Source: Bacteroidia bacterium (GTDB lineage: Bacteria; Bacteroidota; Bacteroidia; SXHM01). Taken from it: DNA of 64,000 nucleotides. The stretch covers positions 1,961-65,960 of the forward strand of contig JAGVLY010000017.1 in NCBI GenBank assembly GCA_020054035.1, read 5' to 3'. The position numbers and the translations under genes are program-made. Positions within the stretch are counted from its first letter, which is position 1. Every line of letters starts with the position of its first letter. This document shows, piece by piece, positions 56,731-64,000 of the stretch. The notes beneath the pieces were generated by a model. It saw nothing but the letters and a program-made list of their open reading frames with translations, was not told the DNA's origin and did no database searches.

Positions 56731-58950
56731 TTACTGAACAATTAATTTAACAGCAGTTGTTTTATCGTTATAGTTCATCTGCATGAAATAAATACCGGCA
56801 TCGATGGTATTTACATCAACGCTGTAAACCTGCTCACCTGAATTTACGCTTCCGTTGTAAACGTTTGCAACTGTTCTGCCCAGCACATCAACAAGGTTGA
56901 TTGCAAGTTTTCCGTTCTCAGGTAAATTCATGGAGATGCGCGTTAAACCGTTTGAAGGGTTTGGATACACCTGAACTCCCAACATTGCATTTAATTCTTC
57001 AACCCCTGTTGTATTTTCAATGCGCACAGCATCTAAGTAGAAGTTATTGCCATAACCGCTGCCTACTTCATACACAAACTTGAATTTTACATTGTCAGAA
57101 TTAGCTGCACCGGCAGGGATATTAGCTTGTTTCTCGTTCCAGATGCTTTGTGCATCGGGCACATATGAAGCTGAATACAATCCCGCATTAATCAGATTAT
57201 CTGCAGATAAGGCAAGTTGAGGAATTTGTGTCCAACTTGCTCCGCAGTTGGTGGAATAAAAAACTTTAAAAGCATCACCGTCAACAGTAAATTCAAATGG
57301 GGTTGTATGATCACCCAAGAAAGTAGTAGTGGCACCTGAATATTGATATTTCAAAATCAATGGAGCTTGCAGGTTGCTTAGATTATAAGAAGGCGAAATT
57401 ACTTCTTCATATTCGGTGGTAGTATTACCAAAATTATTAACTCTCAAAACACCTCCGCCTGAAGGAGTTGTAAGATTTCCTGCAATTTCCCATTTATGAG
57501 TTGTATTATCAGGATTGATAACAACCCAGTTGTTATCAAAATCACTTTGGCTTTCAAAATCTTCAAAGTAAGTATAATCAGCAGTTACCGAAGGTGCATC
57601 TTCTGCAATGTGAATATAAGTTGTTTTGGTTTCGCTGTCAGTTCCCGCAGCATTGGTAAGTGTAAGCGTTACTTCATAAACACCCGGTGCATCATAAGTA
57701 ACATTAGTAGATGCCGCAGTCAGCGATGAAGCATTACCTCCTGGAAAAGACCACAGACGCTCTACTGAGGAACCTGTTACTATTCCGTTATACGAATTAT
57801 CATCAAAATTAATAGTTGTTCCTGTGCAGGCAAATGTTTTATTAGCTAAAAAATTTGCAATCGGTGCACATGCCGAAGCATCGTAATCATCGTGTGTACC
57901 TGTCAACCATTGGTTTTCATCTGACCACAGGTAAGAACGAATTCCATTGTTCCCACTGGTACCTGAAAGTACATATTCCATTCTTTCGCATTGACCAACT
58001 GTAAACATACTCTGACACTCGTCATTTGAATAATCCATGTAGTTTACCATCATTTCACCATAAGGATTAGTGTTATCACAAGTATCAGCAGGAAAGTACG
58101 GGAAATCATCATAGCAAATTCCCAAGTTAGGACCAAAAGCAGCCGGTGTATCATTTACCTGATCGCTTCCGCAATCATCATCGCCCCAAATATGGATAAG
58201 GCTTAACCAATGACCTGCTTCGTGAACAAGCGTCCTGCCTTCTGCTCCACTTGCTGTACCTATACTTCCGCAAACATTATGCAATAAAACAACTCCGTCT
58301 GTTCCACATAATCCGCTTGCAGGAAATTGTGCATAACCCAAAATAGTTCCAAAATCCGAATCAACTCCAATGCTTTTTACCACCCAAACATTAAAATATT
58401 GATAGCAATTCCAGTCAATTAATTCTTTTATACCGTTATCATCAGATGCCTGATTTGTTTTATTGGAGAACGTTCTTGTAATACCTTCAGTACAGTTTCC
58501 TTTCGGGTCAAGTTTTGCAAGACGAAACTCAATATCCAGTTTCCCTGCAATATCAAGAAACGGTTGTGGAGTATTAACCGAATCTGAGTTCTCATGCCTG
58601 TAACATTTATTCAAAATCTCTAACTGATCTTCAATCTGAGCTTTTGAAATATTTTCGCTGCCCCCTTCATGAATTATATGAAACACTACAGGAATGATGT
58701 ATTTCTCACCTTCACGGAAGCCAATTGGTTTATTCGCTTTCCAGTCAGAAAAGCCTCTTTCAAATTCTTCTGCATCAACAGCTATTTGAGGATTTTTAGC
58801 CATTTGCTGTTTCAGTACAATATCACTTCCACACTTATTTTGTTGTGCAAAAGAAGCAGTAAGAGTAGCAGTGAAAATTAAGGCTGTGGTAAATAGTTTT
58901 TTACTCATTGATAAAATAGTTGAGTTAAGGTATTCGTGAGAGAAGTTCAT
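56731..58950 (-). CDS. secreted M43-family (pappalysin/ulilysin-like) zinc metalloprotease with T9SS C-terminal sorting domain
   Basis: 739 aa with a signal peptide (likely start MSKKLFTT at about 58908). The zinc motif is HEAGHWLSLIH (HExxHxxxxxH). The C-terminus is VYPNPSNG...IYFMQMNYNDKTTAVKLIVQ, typical of the T9SS CTD. Confidence 0.8.
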   Translation of the reverse strand: MNFSHEYLNSTILSMSKKLFTTALIFTATLTASFAQQNKCGSDIVLKQQMAKNPQIAVDAEEFERGFSDWKANKPIGFREGEKYIIPVVFHIIHEGGSENISKAQIEDQLEILNKCYRHENSDSVNTPQPFLDIAGKLDIEFRLAKLDPKGNCTEGITRTFSNKTNQASDDNGIKELIDWNCYQYFNVWVVKSIGVDSDFGTILGYAQFPASGLCGTDGVVLLHNVCGSIGTASGAEGRTLVHEAGHWLSLIHIWGDDDCGSDQVNDTPAAFGPNLGICYDDFPYFPADTCDNTNPYGEMMVNYMDYSNDECQSMFTVGQCERMEYVLSGTSGNNGIRSYLWSDENQWLTGTHDDYDASACAPIANFLANKTFACTGTTINFDDNSYNGIVTGSSVERLWSFPGGNASSLTAASTNVTYDAPGVYEVTLTLTNAAGTDSETKTTYIHIAEDAPSVTADYTYFEDFESQSDFDNNWVVINPDNTTHKWEIAGNLTTPSGGGVLRVNNFGNTTTEYEEVISPSYNLSNLQAPLILKYQYSGATTTFLGDHTTPFEFTVDGDAFKVFYSTNCGASWTQIPQLALSADNLINAGLYSASYVPDAQSIWNEKQANIPAGAANSDNVKFKFVYEVGSGYGNNFYLDAVRIENTTGVEELNAMLGVQVYPNPSNGLTRISMNLPENGKLAINLVDVLGRTVANVYNGSVNSGEQVYSVDVNTIDAGIYFMQMNYNDKTTAVKLIVQ

Positions 58951-59052
58951 TTTGTATTTTTTTAGCTAAGGCAAATATATTCTCTTAAAGCGGATAAACA
59001 AAAACAAGTTTTTCGATTATTATACACGTCAAAAGCAGTATGCTAGGTTTAA

Positions 59053-59907
59053 TTAGAATAAATGTTTCTCGGCATGGTAGGATGAACGCACCAACGGTCC
59101 GCTTTCTACATAGCGAAAACCCTTTGCCAGTCCTGCTTTCTTATACATTTCAAACGTGGCTGGTTTTACAAATTCAACTACCGGCAAATGCTTGCGTGTG
59201 GGCTGTAAATATTGTCCAATTGTAAGCACATCCAAACCAACATTTATTAAATCATCCATGGTTTCCAACACCTCTTCTTCGGTTTCACCCAAACCTACCA
59301 TTATGCCTGACTTGGTGCGCATTCCACCCTGCTTTAAGCGTTTAAGCACTTCAAGGCTACGGTCGTATTTAGCCTGTATACGCACCTCTTTGGTCAATCT
59401 GCGCACGGTTTCCATATTATGAGAAACTATTTCGGGCGCTACATCAATAATGCGTTGCAGGTTTTCCCAGTCGCCACGAAAATCGGGTATCAGTGTTTCC
59501 AGCGTTGTTGCCGGACTTTCTTTCCGTATTTCTTTAATAGTTTCTGCCCAAATAATGGAGCCGCCATCTTTCAATTCATCGCGGTCAACTGAAGTGATAA
59601 CGCAATGTTTAACACCCATCAGTTTTACTGATTCTGCAACGCGCTTAGGTTCTTCCAGATCAACAGGTAAAGGCCTTCCTGTGGCAACGGCACAGAAGCC
59701 GCAGGAGCGGGTACAAATGTTGCCCAATATCATAAATGTTGCTGTTCCTGCGCCCCAACATTCGCCCATATTGGGACAATTACCGCTCTGGCAAATGGTA
59801 TGTAGCTTGTGCTTACTAACTATTTCGCGGACTTTAAGATAGCTTTCTCCGGTGGGAAGTTTTACGCGAAGCCAGTCGGGCTTTTTTACTCTTTCTTCTG
59901 TTATCAC
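59053..59907 (-). CDS. lipA: lipoyl synthase
   Basis: 284 aa with a radical-SAM CxxxCxxC motif (CTRSCGFC) and an N-terminal cluster ([12 protein letters not shown]). Confidence 0.95.
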   Translation of the reverse strand: MITEERVKKPDWLRVKLPTGESYLKVREIVSKHKLHTICQSGNCPNMGECWGAGTATFMILGNICTRSCGFCAVATGRPLPVDLEEPKRVAESVKLMGVKHCVITSVDRDELKDGGSIIWAETIKEIRKESPATTLETLIPDFRGDWENLQRIIDVAPEIVSHNMETVRRLTKEVRIQAKYDRSLEVLKRLKQGGMRTKSGIMVGLGETEEEVLETMDDLINVGLDVLTIGQYLQPTRKHLPVVEFVKPATFEMYKKAGLAKGFRYVESGPLVRSSYHAEKHLF

Positions 59908-59940
59908 TTCTAAACTTGTGACTTTATTATTTATAAAAAA

Positions 59941-60720
59941 CTAATACCACTTTTTTCCGAAATTAATTCCAATGTATAACGAAACAAAATACGGATGATT
60001 ATCGGCAAAAGCCATAATCGGAATTTCTTTGTAATAGCCATCCACCACAATGCCAGCCTCAATAGCTTTTACATTATCCTGACGCGATGCATATTCAAAA
60101 CTCATTCCTGCTTTAATATACAAGCCCGGGTAAACTTTCAATTCATCCAAGCCTTTTGTAAAAGGCGCTTTGCCATAGATGTTATCAATGTAATGTTTAT
60201 CCGAATTATACTTTTCGGTGGAAAGACTAAACTCAAAAGGCACATTGGTAGGCACCAGAATTTCGAGGTAAACAGGTTTTGCAAAACCCAATGAAAGACC
60301 ACCGTAAACATGAGAGCGGATTTCAACGCCTCCTCCCCTTCTATCCTGACGGTGTACCAAAACCCACTGAGCTCCGTAGCCTATTCTGCCAATGGTGAAT
60401 GTGTTCATTTTACCATAAACAAAACCTTTTGAATTTTCAAAATACGGGTTTACCGATTTGAATTCTTTTGGATGCTTCATACTCACAATATCCAACTCCC
60501 ACATCCGTTTAAGCTTTGCCGTTTTGTGTTTCCCTCTGCGCAGATTTATTCCCCAACCGTTGCTGTGCAGCAAGCCACCGAAAGTAAATTCATGCTTCAT
60601 CAGAACTTCTTTGTCGCTCAGATTGGCTGTATCTGCAGGTGGTTCCATTTTATCAACCTGCGCAAAAACAGTTGTTGCAGCAAAGAAGAAGAAAAGGATA
60701 AAATATTTTTTTCTGAACAT
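59941..60720 (-). CDS. hypothetical outer-membrane beta-barrel protein
   Basis: 259 aa with a signal peptide (FFFFAATTVFAQ). Amphipathic strands and a C-terminal aromatic (KKWY) are present. Confidence 0.55.
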   Translation of the reverse strand: MFRKKYFILFFFFAATTVFAQVDKMEPPADTANLSDKEVLMKHEFTFGGLLHSNGWGINLRRGKHKTAKLKRMWELDIVSMKHPKEFKSVNPYFENSKGFVYGKMNTFTIGRIGYGAQWVLVHRQDRRGGGVEIRSHVYGGLSLGFAKPVYLEILVPTNVPFEFSLSTEKYNSDKHYIDNIYGKAPFTKGLDELKVYPGLYIKAGMSFEYASRQDNVKAIEAGIVVDGYYKEIPIMAFADNHPYFVSLYIGINFGKKWY

Positions 60721-60979
60721 TGAAATTTCTGAAGGCTTACAAAGGTAAAAAGAATTAATTGATTAGTTCCGTCATTCCTGTAAAGGTTGGTTCATCAAAA
60801 AAATCAATAGCGGCTGTTCATCCAAGGTTTATTTACCGCATCTTTGCGCCCCTCAAAAAATGAACTTCACCAGTATCTTCAACCTTTTTACCGCACTGGC
60901 CTTGGGTTTTGCCTGCCTCAGTTCGGCAAGTGCCTAAACTGCTGAAGAGTTTTACAACCGAGGACTGGCGAAGGTTAAT

Positions 60980-61483
60980 ATGCGCGATTATCAGGCTTCT
61001 ATTATTGAATACAATAGGGCCATTGATGCAGACCCCGAGTTTGACAAAGCCTATATTCAGCGTGGTGTTTCAAGATTTGAGCAGGAAGATTACAGCGATG
61101 CCATCGGTGATTTCAATATGGCTATTGTTCTAAACTCCAATTTGTGGGAAGCATGGTATCACCGAGCCAATTCATGGCGCAAAGACGAAAATTATACAAA
61201 AGCACTTGCCGATTTCAATAAAGTTATTGAGTTAAATCCTACCCATGCCGATGCCTGGTTTAAACGCGGAATTACAAAATACAAACTGAACGATTACAAC
61301 GGAGCTATCAGCGATTATTCAAAAGCGATTGAACTGAAACCAAATTTACACGAAGCATTTTATAACCGTGGACTTGCACGATTTAAAACTAATGATAAAA
61401 AAGGAGCTTGCGCAGATTTAAACACTGCAAAGCAATTGGGTAACAGTTATGCAAATGACTTTATTCTGAAATACTGTAAGTGA
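60980..61483 (+). CDS. TPR-repeat protein (possibly interrupted gene: an in-frame signal-peptide ORF lies upstream, separated by a single TAA)
   Basis: 167 aa with about 4 TPR units (AYIQRGVSRF, AWYHRANSW, AWFKRGITKY, AFYNRGLARF). The frame is open back to the TAA at 60935-60937. Beyond that, in the same frame, lies MNFTSIFNLFTALALGFACLSSASA starting at 60860. Confidence 0.65.
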   Translation: MRDYQASIIEYNRAIDADPEFDKAYIQRGVSRFEQEDYSDAIGDFNMAIVLNSNLWEAWYHRANSWRKDENYTKALADFNKVIELNPTHADAWFKRGITKYKLNDYNGAISDYSKAIELKPNLHEAFYNRGLARFKTNDKKGACADLNTAKQLGNSYANDFILKYCK

Positions 61484-61501
61484 TAGATATGTCATGGCAT
61501 A

Positions 61502-62266
61502 TCACTCAGCACCCAACATATATTCCAGAATAGGCTTGCATTTATCGGTGCAGGCGGGATAAAACTGCCCGTGTTGTTTGTCTCCTGAATTAGAAGACTT
61601 ACCCCACCAGAATTCAGCAATTGCAAGAGGCTGCATACCATGTGCAAAAGCATAGTGCAGCAGTTTAGGTGCAGCACATTCGCCCGCTCCTGAAGGCGGA
61701 ATTTTATTAGGAGTAGTTTCAAAAATAGCGCACACATTTTTTACCACTCCATCTTTATTCAAAAAATTATAACTCTCAAATAATTGCTGTTGCAGTAAGG
61801 AGGATTTTGTTTTCCGCTCTTCTTTCAACGCTTCAATTTCCTTTAACAAATCGGCATCTGTATTCTCTTCCAGTGCTTTAATTTTATTGCCGATAGCGGT
61901 AATTTCAATCATTCCTTTACTGATAAAATTATTGTCGGTAGCTATATCAAACAATGATGGCACAAAAACCGCAGGATGCGGCTCATCAGCCAGTTTACCC
62001 GAAAAGGTGCATAAATAACCCAGCTTATCTTCTTTGTTTTTGACTACCAACACACCAAACATTTTACCTTTTGCTATACTTTCTTTTTCTGTGTCTAATC
62101 CAAAATTATGCAGCCATGCAGATTGATTTTCTGCAATAAACGCCTGCAACTGCGCTGCCGCCAGTTGGCAAATCTCCGGAGTATTGGTATCAAAGGGATT
62201 ATTCAACTTCTCAGGAATGAGCGAAGAATCCGGTTCGACAGCAAAGGGTATAAAGCAGTTATGCAT
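61502..62266 (-). CDS. hypothetical protein with C-terminal Cys-containing motif
   Basis: 254 aa with conserved-looking blocks GKMFGVLVV...GYLCTFSGKL and GECAAPKLL...YPACTDKC. Function is unknown. Confidence 0.55.
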   Translation of the reverse strand: MHNCFIPFAVEPDSSLIPEKLNNPFDTNTPEICQLAAAQLQAFIAENQSAWLHNFGLDTEKESIAKGKMFGVLVVKNKEDKLGYLCTFSGKLADEPHPAVFVPSLFDIATDNNFISKGMIEITAIGNKIKALEENTDADLLKEIEALKEERKTKSSLLQQQLFESYNFLNKDGVVKNVCAIFETTPNKIPPSGAGECAAPKLLHYAFAHGMQPLAIAEFWWGKSSNSGDKQHGQFYPACTDKCKPILEYMLGAE

Positions 62267-62299
62267 CAGCGCTGCAACGGCAATGGAATTATTAAAAGT

Positions 62300-63058
62300 T
62301 CAGCATTCAATATGCTCCTTCTTTAAAATGTCTTCAATAACTTTTATATCCTGTTCCGGATTTCTGATAATTCTATGAGCACTATCGCAATTGAAAATAT
62401 CAAAAGGCAGTTCAATCAGTTTAATTCCATTTAGAGGAAGTTTTTCTGCTCTGCGCTGGTCGTAGATTTTTCGTTGCTCTCCCCTGCTTACTCCGCTTAC
62501 TGTTTTACCATTCGTTTTATTAAAATCATTTAACTGACCGTACTGCGCTTCCTTATATTCAATAACCAGATTTAAAGACTGGTAATAAGCATCTACCGGC
62601 AGCGGGGTTCTTGTTATTCCGTCTTTATGTACATCGCCTAACAGAAAAGGAAAACGTTTTTGGCGGTCGGCTTTTTGCTTTAGTGCTGTGTCGCATAAGT
62701 CTATCACATAGGTTTCATCACTCTGCAAACGGGCTTGTTCAGCTTCCTGCTTTGCCGTGGAAACAGTATCCTGTTTGTATAAAGTAGTGGGCTTGGGCGC
62801 GTCCTTAGGTATAAAATACCAATACGTATCTATTCCCTTTTGTTCGGCATGTACATAAGGTATCAGATGCAATTGCTCCCGCTCCTTCAATCCTCTTAAA
62901 ATATCTCTGATTGGCTTACCGTTTTTAACGTCTTTCCTGAAAATACCGGCAGCAATAAACTCGGGCATTAATGCTTTGGCAGGTATTATTTCAGTAGTTG
63001 TATTTTTTATAAAATACGCTTCAATTACGCTGTTGATGGTATCAATTTCTTTTATCAT
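62300..63058 (-). CDS. hypothetical protein with PD-(D/E)xK nuclease-like motif
   Basis: 252 aa. LLGDVHKDG ... PVDAYYQSLNLVIEYKE fits the D...(D/E)xK arrangement of restriction-endonuclease-fold proteins. Confidence 0.45.
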   Translation of the reverse strand: MIKEIDTINSVIEAYFIKNTTTEIIPAKALMPEFIAAGIFRKDVKNGKPIRDILRGLKEREQLHLIPYVHAEQKGIDTYWYFIPKDAPKPTTLYKQDTVSTAKQEAEQARLQSDETYVIDLCDTALKQKADRQKRFPFLLGDVHKDGITRTPLPVDAYYQSLNLVIEYKEAQYGQLNDFNKTNGKTVSGVSRGEQRKIYDQRRAEKLPLNGIKLIELPFDIFNCDSAHRIIRNPEQDIKVIEDILKKEHIEC

Positions 63059-63066
63059 AGTTTCTT

Positions 63067-63990
63067 TTAATTTACATATTCAGATGAAGTAAACAACTCG
63101 AGCTGCATCGGGCGAAGAGTTGTAATCTTTTTATTTATTTTCCTGCTCTTTCCTGCCTGTATATGAAACACAGGTGTTTCGTGGTAGCGCGGAGCAACAC
63201 AGATATGAACATCCTTGGTGGCATTACTGAACAGCTTTTCAACCAGCAAAGGATTATTATTATTTTTTGAAAGATGCGCTAAAATTAAATGGCTTAGGTT
63301 TTCGTGACGATGATTGGTTAAAAGTTCAAGAGCTTCGGTGTTGGATAAATGGCCTTTGCCTCCGCGTATCCGTCTTTTTAAATGAAAGGGATAATTCCCT
63401 TCTTCCAGCATCTGCTCGTCATAATTACTTTCCAGAAAAGCAGCATGGCATTGCTTAAAATACTGCACTACCTGCTTGCAGACTATGCCTATATCGGTAA
63501 ACACACCTGCTGTTACTCCATTGCCCTCTATTATAAAGCTGCAAGGGTCTGCTGCATCGTGTTCTTTACCGAAAGGCGTAATGCTCAATGCACCGATGGT
63601 TACCGTTTCATTAAAACTGAAATCGCACACCTGCGAATCCGGGAGGGCTAATCCGCTGCTTTTTAAGGTAGCGGGTGTTATATAAACCGGAAGCTGATGT
63701 TTGCGTGATAACACAGTAACTCCGCTGATGTGATCACCATGTTCATGCGAAATAAAAACAGCTTTTACCTTGCTGATGCTAAGCCCCAGATTGCTCAGGC
63801 GCTTTTCCACTTCGCGGCAGCTGATACCTGCATCTACCAGCACTGCTTCCTCTTTGTTGCCGATGTAATAGCAATTGCCATTACTGCCCGAGTTTAAGGA
63901 TGCGATAAAAAGCGACATGCTGCAAAGAAACGGAATTTGAGGAGGCTGCACGTCTTTTATTTCAAGATAAATGCTACTCCTGAAATACAA
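63067..63990 (-). CDS. MBL-fold metallo-hydrolase (YycJ/PhnP-like)
   Basis: The HxHxDH motif is ISHEHGDHISG, and the N-terminal block is LNSGSNGNCYYI...VLVDAG. The likely true start is MSLFIASL at about 63918. Confidence 0.8.
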   Translation of the reverse strand: MYFRSSIYLEIKDVQPPQIPFLCSMSLFIASLNSGSNGNCYYIGNKEEAVLVDAGISCREVEKRLSNLGLSISKVKAVFISHEHGDHISGVTVLSRKHQLPVYITPATLKSSGLALPDSQVCDFSFNETVTIGALSITPFGKEHDAADPCSFIIEGNGVTAGVFTDIGIVCKQVVQYFKQCHAAFLESNYDEQMLEEGNYPFHLKRRIRGGKGHLSNTEALELLTNHRHENLSHLILAHLSKNNNNPLLVEKLFSNATKDVHICVAPRYHETPVFHIQAGKSRKINKKITTLRPMQLELFTSSEYVN

Positions 63991-64000
63991 TCAATTCAAC

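Overview
This 64 kb window looks like chromosomal DNA from a Bacteroidetes genome (Sphingobacteriia/Chitinophagia-like). Supporting features are type IX secretion (T9SS) C-terminal sorting domains, a PorQ-like gene, the Bat aerotolerance operon, LytTR/ECF regulators and SurA-like chaperone arrays. It is densely coding: about 55 CDS, with no rRNA, tRNA, CRISPR array, transposase or integrase visible.

Main blocks:
- (i) Minus-strand aerotolerance operon: MoxR ATPase, an inserted four-helix-bundle gene, a DUF58 protein, a membrane protein, BatA, BatB, BatC and the 5' part of BatD.
- (ii) Housekeeping genes: rel/spoT, smpB, an LpxH-like phosphoesterase, nth, bcp, smr, guaB, cmk, gltA, gap and lipA.
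- (iii) Secreted and outer-membrane proteins: a 1266-aa internally duplicated T9SS cargo protein, an M43 metalloprotease with a T9SS C-terminal domain, a TonB-dependent receptor, a PorQ-like gene and a PagL-like outer-membrane protein.
- (iv) Regulators: an ECF sigma factor with a zf-HC2 anti-sigma factor fused to a TonB C-terminal domain, an OmpR-type regulator, a hybrid PAS histidine kinase with a LytTR regulator, and a TetR regulator.
- (v) A second MoxR paralogue next to three consecutive SurA/PpiD-like periplasmic chaperone genes.
- (vi) A nucleotide-sugar operon (DegT aminotransferase, UDP-glucose dehydrogenase, UDP-glucuronate decarboxylase) with an AT-rich two-gene cassette inserted between ugd and uxs.

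The cassette in (vi) is the most striking element. It encodes an ABC-type AAA ATPase and a small TOPRIM-like protein, and is translationally coupled on all three junctions. Its architecture matches split OLD/PARIS/AbiL-class anti-phage modules.

Other notable items:
- A small minus-strand cluster carrying about 14 copies of a 21-bp tandem repeat (heptad Ala/Thr/Val repeats).
- A 20-bp perfect inverted repeat enclosing the start codon of the gene downstream of the TetR regulator.
- An in-frame TAA separating a signal peptide from a TPR protein.
- Several nested-hairpin terminators.
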